This document shows, in pieces, positions 13,701 through 25,900 of a DNA stretch of 64,000 nt (position 1 is the first letter of the stretch; each line of letters opens with the position of its first letter). The notes beneath the pieces are model-generated. The model had not been told where the DNA came from. It was given only the letters and a program-made list of their open reading frames with translations, and made no database searches. The DNA comes from Tubiluchus corallicola (taxonomy: Eukaryota > Animalia > Priapulida), in NCBI GenBank assembly GCA_030141605.1, contig JAQGDQ010000757.1, positions 1 to 64,000 of the forward strand, written 5' to 3'. Both the position numbers and the translations under genes were made by a program.

Positions 13701-16700
13701 ACAACATTCTTCGGTTCCGGTGTGAATAATTAATAATTCAATAATTAACAAAAAACTCACCTGTAACTCTTTAATTCTCTGCGTGACGTCACTGTGACTA
13801 GCATTTACTGTGCTCGTAGCCATCATCATGCTATTTTCAAGCCATTTTGAAAGACTGGCAGCATTTGTATGGAACGTCTGAATACCTGTCTTTGTTTCAC
13901 CAGGCACCATATAAACCTACGAAAAAGTGTTTGCTTGTGAGTTTTAAAATCACGATTTATCTATCTATAATGGCGGTGGTGATGGTAGTGGGAATGATCA
14001 TGATAATGGTAGTGACAGAGATGGTTGTAGTGGTAAGAGTAGTGGTAGTAGTAGTGGTAGTGGGAGTGATAGTGGAAGTGATAGTGATAGTTGTCATGAT
14101 AGCGGTAGTGATAGCGGTAGTGATTATAAATCCCCACCATTTATAAATACAATTTTTGACATTAATAGTTCTTCCATTGTAATTTACAGCAAATTAGCAA
14201 CAAACATTAGTTTATCAATAAAAACAAGGCGATTCCACTGGTAAAACCGGTAATTACCTGGGCAACTTCATAGATATGTTTCCATCTTTCGTTTAGTTCG
14301 TGTATAGACTGTCTGATTTCAACTGCTGTTTGTGTATTGCATGTAGACAACAACAAAACACCGGTGTCGTTGAATACCAGGTGATGTTTTATCCACTTTG
14401 CTACATCTCCGAAAAATGCCTATAGAAAGGAAAATTCCATAAAGTGCCGTTATAATTAGCAGATTATTCAGACAATTTGGACTTTGTTATTTATAAAAGA
14501 TCAAGTAGAAAAAAGGATGCTAAACCAAAAGAAATTCTTTTGAAAAATAAGCTAGGCAAGCTGTTCAACCCTTTATCGGCAACAGATTAATGTATGTCAC
14601 AATCATAACTGTGGCAGTTTGCCTTGCTCCAGCATATCTGAGGGTTAAACAATAGTTTGACTAACAGTCTCTATCTCGCCTGAACTAACCAGCAACCGGC
14701 AACGTTAGTCAGCAAGTACTGGTTTTTTTAAACAAACAGTAATATAGACTGAACATTTTCAGTTCTGCTTCAACGCAACCTAGCATTTCACTCAATCTAA
14801 AAACAACTTTAAATATTAACATTTTCCTTTTACACAATAACTAAATATTTAATATACATTCATTTCAAATTTTAAAGTAATCATTAAACCGTTGCTTCTT
14901 AGCAAAAGGAAACAGTTTTCCCATTTTTTCCAACACTAGCTGAAATGGACTTCTTAGGTAATTCCAGAAAACAGGATGATTTACTCATTGTACTGTAAAA
15001 AATAGTTGTTCACTGTGACAATGTTATGATGCATACCAGTTGTTCTGCAGCGGACTTAGTGGTCACTGCCTCTGCAGCATCCAGCCAAGCACTGAGTGCA
15101 TCTCTTTGCATCTGGAACTTTGTCCAGTCAGCAAGGGCAGTTTCAAGAGTTGTTTGGAAAGATTTTGTTCTGCCCGATATTTCGTTCCACTTCTCTTCTA
15201 AATCCCTTAATCCTTTAGTTACATCATCAATTTCAGTTTGGTCTAAAACATGATAAAACATACTTCAAACTTGCTTTGAAATTAAACAAAGAATTAAAAA
15301 AGTGATATATAAACACAAAGGAAAAATTGTTATTCACATGAATTAGCTTGCATTTCCGTACTTCATAAATACTCCCATTATAATCCTCTCTAGTTTTGCT
15401 TTGTAAGTTGCTATTATCCAATTCTTAACTAATTCAGTTTTAATAACCGTTATCTCTATATTAGTAATCATTGTATTGTTGTGTGTGTTAATGTAATAGT
15501 CGTCGTCGTCGGCTTTCACTCGTTTCCGAGTATTGTCCTTTCGGTCGAAGTTACTAGCTGTGGTGGGCACGTTGGTGGCTTAACAGCCCGATCCTTGCTC
15601 GAAACATTCTGGTGCATTTGTCACATTGGATGGTGGGAGTTACCTGAGGTTGACGGGCCTTCTCTTTCCTTCGTTGACGTTTGGCTTCAATTGCTGCTCC
15701 CCTGGTTGTTTCAAAATGCTCAGTCCCTTCCTGGATGACTCTTCTCCACTTTGTTCGCTGCCGCGCTGTCTGTTCCCAGGTTTCTGGATCGATCCTTGCT
15801 GATTGCAGGGTTTCTTTTAGTTGGTCCTTGTAGCGGCGCCTAGGGCGGCCCAGGGGGCGTTTTCCAGTGCTCAGCTCACTGAAGAGGATCCTTCGGGGAA
15901 GTCTGTTTTCGTCCATACGTGCTACATGACCTGCCCACCTTAGCCGATGTTTCGTAATCATAGCTTCTATACTAGTGGTGTTGAATCTCTCGAGAACTGA
16001 ATTATTGGTGACATAATCATCCCATCTGATGTTGGAAACTGAGCGAAGCTTTTTCTGGTGGAACTGTTCGAGTTTTTTCAGGTCTTGGCGGTACAGAGTC
16101 CATGTTTCACATCCGTAAAGGAGTGTGGAAACGACAATAGCATTATAGACCATCAGCTTGGTTCGACGAGTTAGATGAGCATTACCAAAGACACGGGTTG
16201 AGAGTCTACCGAAAGCGGCATGGGCAGCTCTAAGCCTATTTTCCACATCCTTTGTTGAGTTGCACTGGACGGAGAGTAGACTGCCCAGGTACGGGAAATG
16301 TTCAACACATTCTAGATCTGCACCATTAATGGAAATGTTACATACTGGTGTGTCTGCTTCAGGTGATGGTTGGACAATAACTTTGGTTTTTCCTATGTTG
16401 ACTGTAAGGCCAAAGCGAGAATATGCGTCACAGAAGTTGCTGACTGATTGTTGCAGGTGATTGGCTGAGTGGGCTGGTGCCGCATTATCATCCGCATATT
16501 GCAGCTCTGTCACTCTGAAGGTTGTGGTGCGGTTCCTGGCTCGAAAACGCGACAGATTTAATGTAATAGTAATAGTGACATAATAGCTGTACTTCTACAG
16601 GCTTACAACAACTAATGATACCTTTTAGTATGTAAGGTAAATATGTAAATGACTACTTGGTCTTACACTACCCTCACACAACCTAAATTTCTCATTGTTA

Positions 16701-18464
16701 ACAATACTGTTGTAATTGTACTACGTTTTTACATGTGAAAACATAGTACAGTTGTTCACAGAACTGTCTGTGTAATAAAAGAGGTTTTTATTTTCAATAA
16801 ACCTAAAAGGAATTTTTTATGTTTCTTCACAAAAGAAGCATTCAAATGAAAATAAGTGAATGATGCAAGCTGCCAACTGTTTTATTTATTATGGTACAAA
16901 GTTATACTTATAAGAAAGAGATATTATTTTTACCTGGTTTCTCTCGGCGGAACCTGATCGCTTTCTGACTAAGTTCATTGAACTGCTTAGCGAATTGACT
17001 GTACACTTGTTGCACTTCAACTAGATTCTAAAAAATAAATACCATTGACTAATAATCTACCTTTAAATATTTAATTATTATTGATTATAATTCACTGGTT
17101 ATCATTTACTGATTTTGTCAAATCATTTAACAAAGAAGAAGGAATGGAGTGAGGTCATACAGAAGCATCAGCTTAAATGGATTGGACATGTTATTAGATT
17201 ATCCACTTACTACAGTATTACATCAAACACTAATACCTGGGAAGAAACCAAGAGAAAGACAGTTGATCAAATATTAAAATGTTCTGAAGAAAGACTTATC
17301 AAATACTCCACTTGACTTAAATGACGTGAATACTTGGCACGTGGCAGCAGATTGGGGAACATAGCATCAAGTTATGAGTGGTGCTATGTCGCATAACAGA
17401 AACACCTAAGATGATGAAGATTTACTGATTATCTAAAACTTTAAAAACAATATTATAAAACAACAAAATATCGGAATTTAGAACAAAATCATTTCCGCTG
17501 AATTTAAAATTAAAAACAGCTAGCTAGTACTTCATCATTTTATAAATTACTTCAAAACACAAATATGAGAGAACCACCATTTTTGTTTTTTTTGTAAAAA
17601 TTTATGAATGAAAAATTAAAAAAAAAGAAAAATTTAAAATTTTCGATAAAACCTTTCAGTCACTGTTTGATCAAGTTTGGTGCATCTATAACATGTAAAA
17701 ATAGCAAAGCTATGCTTACAAATAAAAGAATATATCAATGTTATCAGTACAATTAGCTGCTGACAATAAAAACAAGAACAACAAATGCAAAGATTTTGTA
17801 GAAATAGATAAAAACTATAAAAATGTGTTATTGCATAGCAAAGAAAAAACTTTCATACATGAACTTCAAATAATCAGACTCTATGACCTGCATGAGTTTT
17901 GTTTAGACATTCACTTACATTGACTCGTGAAACCAGCAGTTGCAGGTTAGCTGGATCCATCTCTGGCATATCCCATGATGCAACTTCCTTTTCCACACCA
18001 TCAATGAATGACAGTAGCAAATTTCGATCTTGTTCATAATACAATCGCATCCAACGCTGGTGTTGCTTAATAGCAATCTGGGTCAACCTCTGATCAATGT
18101 CCTTTAGATGTTCGGGTTTAATTCTGCGTCCGTCGGCCATGCCGGTTACCTTGTATTTCCTGAAGTGGTGCACTACGCTGCCATAGTCTTTGAAAAATTC
18201 CTAAAAATGTTTTTATGAGAAAGTAAAAGCGAAACAGTTCTGCTTTTTCTCTCATCACAGTGTTCTCATTTCATCAATAACACAGCCCACAATTAACGAA
18301 TTGTCTATTGTAACCAGAACAAAAAGCATTAAATTATTATTACAGTATTGTTATGCCAAGCAGTGACATCTTGTCAGAGCAGCAGCAGGAAAAGAAGAAG
18401 ACAAAGTGAAAGAGAGAGAGAGAGAGAGAGAGAGAAGAAAGAGACAGGTAGATTGGAAAATGAC

Positions 18465-18558
<94 letters not shown>

Positions 18559-19886
18559 GAGTGAGAGAAGGGAGAGAGAAAGAGAGAGGGAAGAGGGAAA
18601 GAGAGAGAACGGAAGAGAGAGAAAGAAAGATTATTATTAATATTAATATTTATTTTTGTTGTTAAAGAAAGAGAGAACAAGGCAGTGAGAAAAGAGAGAG
18701 ATGGAGAGAGAGAGACAAAAAAGAGAAAGAGGGAGGGAATGACCATGTATCCTCCATCGTCTTCATTATTAGTTAACTAGATTTAGGTATAAAAAGATGA
18801 AACTTACTTTGTGGTCCTCAATTTTAGCAGCAATGGCATGATATGTGTTTTCACTTGTATCTCCAGTGTGTACAGGCATGGCTAAAATATCCTCTGCTTG
18901 ATTAACCCACACCCCAATGTGACCCAGAGTGCCAGGAAGTGTACTGTCCAATCGAAACCGCCAGCGCTTTGCAGCATTAGAAACTTGCATCCATTTGGAC
19001 TCAAGCATCATCCATCGCTCATCCGACAATGTCAAGTTCAAGTCCGACTCGTAGCGAAATCGAATTTTTTCATACAGTTGGGATTTTTCTTCGATTTGCC
19101 TGGCAAATGTGATGTAATTCTAAAGCAAGAACATAAAAAAAACAAAGTCACACATAACTTGCATCTTGCAAAGTTGTAGTAGCTATGTGAATGTGTATAA
19201 CAAAACATTGTGAATATTTCAGCCATACAATAACCTGCAGCAATTCATGAAAAAAGTAAAAACCGAAATTTCTAGCTTTCCGTTAGAAACAGCAAATGTT
19301 GCACGATACAGACAGAGCTGGTATCTAACAATGCATTAATATTTAGGCCTACAAAAACTTGGAAACTATAGTAAAAATGAAATTCATCTGTTTGTTTATA
19401 AAAAAACAAGAAAAAACTGTAGCACTGTGAGTGTCTTTGGTCTGATTTGAGCTAAAAAACTAAAGTGTTACATTTAAACAAAAAGTGTTATGTACAAGAA
19501 AATGACGAAAAACAATATGACTGTGTGTCCTGAAACAATAATTTAACTACTCTGAAAATATTGTTCCGTCCACACAAAAAATCTCCTAAAAGTTCATTCA
19601 AAACGGTGTAAAGCTTTCCTAGGAACTTTGAGTATATTACATTTTCAGCAGTTAAAATATCTCAAATATCACATAAATCACAGTTTCAAAAAGTGGAGAA
19701 AATGTACTATATTAAGAAATTTATAATGACAGAACTCCTCATCATCATCGTCATCGTCATCATCATCATCAATTATTACTGTTGTTGTTGTAGCTGCTAC
19801 TGCTGCTGTTGTTGTTAATGTTGTTGATGTTGTTGTTGCTATTGTTGTTGCTGTTATTATTGATGTTCTTATTATTATTATTATTG

Positions 19887-19983
<97 letters not shown>

Positions 19984-22900
19984 TAATCACCGCAGAATTA
20001 GAAAAAGTAATAAATGACCTAGGAAATACATTTTTATTTATTAATAATTTGAATGACTTCCGAAATATAAAACTTACATTATATTCTAGATTAATATCAG
20101 TAACAGGTGCATCCTGCAAACTCAAAAGCCAGCTTAAACTTTCATCCAGCCATTTGCTGAAGTTCTCCTGCTCCCTCTTCTCCAGTCGAGATTTTAACTT
20201 CACCTCTTCAATAGCAATCGCCATCTATGCAAAATTAAATTTCCACATTTTTACCATGTATTATGCATTAATGTATTAAAAAAGAGTAGTCTAATTATTA
20301 GTATATTAGTAGTAAAAATCTCTCACAAAAACCTAGCAAATAATAATAATAACTTCTAAAAAGGTGAACTTTGGGCATGTCCAAATAGCTATCAAAAACA
20401 TACATTCTTAACAATAACTCTGAAACACCAAAAAAATAAAATTAAGAGACAATTTTTGCAGTACACTACAGAATGTTAATAGAAATTAAAACACTTATTA
20501 ACTAAAAATTATTCCGGGATATATAATTTTGAAATATAGACAAACTAATACTTTTGGTATAGGAGTTGCTGTAGTTTTTGAACCTCCAGCTTCGGGATAA
20601 TGCTTCAGAAATGTTGCCACGTACGTCATGATGGACTTCTCATCAGGTTTTGACACATCCACATCTGCAAAAACCATTGGTTAAATTAAGCACAATTCGA
20701 CACACCAATATAATTCTTAACGTATTTCCGTGATTTATTAGGCTTTTAAAACCCATTGAATGTGCCATTCGTTGTACTATTAATCTACTGTTCATCACAT
20801 TCAAGTCACTTGGCCCTCCAAGAAACGGGTAAACTTATGTTTAATGGAATAGGGTTCACTAAGCTCAAGTGAACAGAGAAAGGTTTATCAAAACAGAAAG
20901 CTTTAGCACTTAGCATAACAAATGTTTGCCTTCGGGATCTAGTAGACGAGGTATGCCCAAATCTCGTTCTGCTTTCCTAAATGCCCGCTCAAGATTTTCC
21001 TTAGCTGATTGGCTCCTGGCTTTGTGCATGTCAATTAGATCTGGCCTAATGCGATGCACCAAGGCACAAAATGCCATGCCATCTCTCCAACTGGGTCCGA
21101 AATCTCTCAAAGGTATATTGAAGCGTCTATAAGAAAATACCTTTCAAGAGTTAGAACTAGTTTAGAAAGGCCAGCAAGTTTTGATAAACTTAATAGCTAA
21201 GACGTTAGTTTTATAATCCAAAAAATAAATAATAACAGGCTCGATTCTTTATGAAGCATATTACTCAATGCAGTAAACTGAAAGATACAATTAATAAATA
21301 TAAAAGCAAGTAGGCCCTACCTGGTTTAAAATAATTTCAGTACACCTCAATTAAAAAATATTTACTCTAATAATGTGCAATCAAACCTTCCGTGAAAAAT
21401 CAATATCAAAATCCATAAATTATACCGTTAATAAATGTCTCGGCTGAACATGTTAAATAAAAGTTATATAACAACTCGAAATTATCTTTTTATTTCAAGA
21501 GTATGCAATACACATGCTTAAAATTGTTGAGCTAATTAAAACCAAATGCAGTGAAGCGTGTTTCATTTTATATCAATGTATATTGTCAGGAACTCAACTT
21601 GATCAGTGTCTCTATGTAAATGACATGTTTGCTAGACAGTGGTAAAATATTTGTTTTATTCTGTTACTAGTGTCTGTATGTAAGTAGTGGATATATTGTT
21701 TTTATGTTGAAAGTCTTAACATTCAGCTGCAGACAGTCTAATTTGTAAATTTGCATGTTTTTTGTGTCAGCAGCATTTAGTGAATGTCACCCTTTACACG
21801 ATAACCAGCATTTTACTTTATTTATGCGGGTAAAACAAAATAAATTATTTTTAAGTATAAATACTGAATTATTCCTAGTTCACAGTCACTGCACTTAGTG
21901 ACATTATAATAACACTGTCTTTATATATATAACGTGGAACTAAAATAGAAAACTCACTCAGATACAGCTTTCTGTGCCCATAGCAACAGGTCCTTCTTGG
22001 CATTACCCTGGAACTTGCCAAGCAAGGAGGCTTTAGGCTTTTTAGCTGGCGGTTCAGCAGGTTTTTCTCCATCAGATGGCGCAGCATCACTGCTTTCTAA
22101 GCTCGTGGCCGCTGATTCATCAGCTAGTTGTCTAGTATGCTCTTCTATCTGAAATTTAAAAGCAGAGGATTTTTGTAGGGGGCAACATTTTACACACCAC
22201 TAAATCAAAATATAGTTATAGTACAATTAAATTTTAAATTATTTTTCCTAGTGCACTTGCTAGAACTCTGCATATTATACTGTATCCTAGCCTATAAGTA
22301 TATAAGCAATTATAATAACTGCCAGTGTTTTTTTTTATATAAACAAATATAATTACTGCCAGTGCTATAAGCAAATAAAATTACTGCCAGTGCTTTTATG
22401 CATTTAGCGTTAGACGAAAACTGCACCTTTTATCTTTAATATGTACCTGGAAGTAGAGAATGATTGTCCAAATAAGGCCCAAAACAATTGATGGTTTCCC
22501 ATCAATGATGTCCGATGCATTGATGTTGACAAGCTTCAACTAAAATAAAAACTGTTATTGTCATGAATGAAAACAAAATATGCCATCTGCAATCTACTTA
22601 AGTAAAATAACCAACAGACAGCAGAGCTAAAAAATATAACATTAATAAACCGCATGAAAAAAGAATACCTAATTTACTTAGTACTCTTAGTACTGAATGC
22701 AATTAACTTGTCCATTAGCGTAATTTTACGGCCATTGACTCTCACATGCAAGACAATATTTTCTACAATATGTAGTAAAACTCAAATAATGATAAAAGAT
22801 CCAAGTATTTAGTTACCTACAAACCACACCTTTTTACGCTCAAAAGTGCACTGCAAAAAAATAAAAAGTGCACAGCAAAAAATCCATTGTTCTCAGCAAA

Positions 22901-25900
22901 AAATGAAATGTGCACAGTGAAAAATCAAAAGTGCACAACAAAAAATCAAAAATGCACGGCAAAAAATCTGTTGTTCTCAGCAAAAAATCAAGTGCACAGC
23001 GACGAATCAAAAGTCTAAAACGTTAACTTGTTTATGTAGACTAGCGAGGCACTTCTAATGTTTTTAAATAGGTAAATTCTATCATCCAGAACTTTCATCA
23101 TGTAACTTAAGAATGTTCTGTTGTGTTAGGTAGAAACAATTTTTGTACATTCGTATTAATTTTAAATCTGTGTACCTATATTATGATTAAATGACATGCG
23201 TGTTACAATTTACGTATAATACAAGATTTGTATATGTGCTATTTTATTTTTCTATTATTTGCCTTGAAAAATTCCTATGATGTTAGTAGAATGGTTTGCT
23301 ACATCCATATACATGCATTGGTAAAGAATTTCTGGCAATTTTTGACGATTTTAATAATAATTACTGATACTGATCACAGATGGCTAGCTGTTTCTTATCC
23401 ATTGTTGATCCAGCTTTAGTCCTCTGGGATTTAATTTAGTCCTACCACAGGGAAAAACCACGCAATTTTCGAGAATGGTTGCAATTAAAGTTACTCACAA
23501 ATAAAATTTGAAAAAAATCTTATCGGCAGTGCACGGCCTGCCAAATGTTAGTTGGGGCATGCACACTTTGAAACCCTGCATGTTATCCAAAAAAGGACAA
23601 TCTCGAGCAGCACTGTTCCCTTTGCAAGCCATCATTCATAAATTAGCAAGATCTGGATGACAATAATTCGCTATTAATTGATTATCGGAAAGGATTCTCC
23701 CAGAAGCAGAGCTTACTCCAAGCTGGGGAGCGGATGGCATAAAAATATACATGACTTATGGTGTGTAGAAATTTTTAGGCCATTAAGCCAATTATCAAAA
23801 ACCAACATCAATGTGATATTTTCACCCAAAACGAGGTACAGGTAATATATAAGAATAATAATGATGATGATAACATAATGAAAAGGCTATAATGTTACTA
23901 TAAGTTAAAATAGTATTGCTGGTAGTGGTAGTGACACTGTAGTTACACTAAAATTTAGCAAATTTTTAATCAATGAGCGAATTAAATTTTAAACTATGGC
24001 TGTGCCACTCTCAAAACTGCATAAGTCATCATTTAGTCAGTCTGCTAATAAATGAGTCAGTTGTCATCATCAGCGTTATTTTTATTATTAGAAATTTAGC
24101 AGAATGTTCAAAAGTTAAGTTATTGAACGTTTGATTAGCATAATTTTTGGTATTTTGCTACTTGCGCAACACAATTTACGTCTCCCCCAAGCTACACACA
24201 CTTCAGCAGATACTAACATTAGAAGGGTCTGCACTATTCTACATAAAAAGGTTAACAATAACATCTTGTGCTTTTTTTGTGTGTGCACATTTGATTTTTT
24301 GCAGTGCGTTTTTGATTTCTCGCTGTGCACTTCTGATCTTTTACTGAGAACAACGCATTTTTTGCTGTGCACTTTTTGAGCTCGAAAATGTGTACATCAT
24401 CAACCGCTGATCTCTGCTCCAAAAGTGCAGAATACGATTTTGCGCTTGTGTTTCGGTCAAGCGGAAATCTTCGTATCGACTGCACGACTACAACATAATA
24501 AGGGGAGGTAACTTGTCGTTTTACTGCATTTTTTCACCCACACTCCAACAGCTCTTTATACTTAAACCACCTTCTCACCTTGCGATGGATAGTGTTCGTA
24601 AGGCTTACTGAAGTTGGTTGTTAGACAAGACGCGAGTTTGCCAGAAATTTGTTAAAAGATGCACCGACAACTAACTCACTGACAGTAGGGGGTTGAAACC
24701 CAGACAGTTTACTCAATGCAGGCTCGTTGCTAATGGTATCTAAATTACCTTCATTTTTCAATGTCTTAGATAAGTGATTCTCAACTAACTCCCCAAGTAA
24801 CTTGCTTGCCTTGTGGGAGGGGGTGTATTTCCAAGCTAGTGGGAGAGGAAACCCGCATTACTTCCTCAGGTGCAAGACAAAGTGAACAGTAAAATAGTTA
24901 TTTTTTTACACAACTTGCAACACTGCGAGCCGGAATCTAACGTGCAGTGGTGACAAGTCCTATTCGGAAGCGCCATTTTCTGACGAGATAGAGCCTGAGT
25001 CATTATCGGTTAAGACATGCTTATCGTAAAGCGACCTACTAAATTGGTAGAGATGTCTTAGTCACGTTTGGATATGGGCCTATTATACACCCTCCATCTA
25101 CGAAATAAGCAACCAGGATTAGCATGAGCAAATGAGACACGCTCAGAGCAAGATTCGAAGTGTTTCACCCATCTGGTTGCTCACCTGTATCAGCGTTATT
25201 GCTAACTTCGATCGTGGGGATCGCCCAAGAATGACTCCTTAACCACTAAGCTTCGCACCTCGCTAAAGCAGCTTCAAGAAAGTGAAGCAAGCAATAGTTC
25301 TGAGCAACATGAATGTACTAAATAAGCCTTAACTAGTTATAGGCATCGATCATTAAAAAAAGTGCCGGTGCTGGTCTATAATACCTAAATTTGTCAAATA
25401 GGTCAGTGTTATGAATACCTGCAGCAAAATCTTAAATTGTATCATTAAAAATTCGTGTAAACTTATGAAAGTGGAACATGCACAGTCGCAGAGTCTCAAA
25501 AAGATTTTATTTACAGCTTTAGCCTTTGCAAACGCATTCCAACACTAAGACGCCGATAATATCTCTCAAGCCGGATGTTTGCATAACATTTGAATGCAAT
25601 CCGAAATAGACTTATTTCAATTTTGGTAAATGAGCTCAACTTACTCGTTTCGTTTCTAAGAAACCGAGAGCATGGCTAATGTTGCTCATGTGCTGAGGGC
25701 GCCGTAATCGCACGCCTCTCTCCCTGGGCTGCAACAAATAACCACAAGGCAGATATCAATGACTATGACCTTTGTAAACCTAAAAATCAAAATGCTTCTG
25801 TGCACAAAACACATCTGAAATGTGTAAAACCCATTCGTGTTTACTGAAAAAATTAAGTGGCTTATTCAGAATCTGCTTGGTGCTGCAGCCTAGCCACTAT

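Noticed and set aside
18348-18746. Poly-ER/poly-SL ORFs, and poly-N/poly-L ORFs at 19769-20279 and 38728-39199
   Set aside because: Microsatellite read-through; only 20078-20224 and 38783-38929 are exonic.
22840-23015. Regularly spaced repeats resembling a CRISPR array
   Set aside because: Head-to-tail degenerate minisatellite without unique spacers, in a eukaryotic intron with no cas genes.
24975-25040. CTGACGA hammerhead-ribozyme-like core (also CTGATGA at ~26676 and a GAAAC tail at ~34460)
   Set aside because: No correctly placed GAAA after a stem II and no convincing stems I and III by eye; an Infernal search would be needed.
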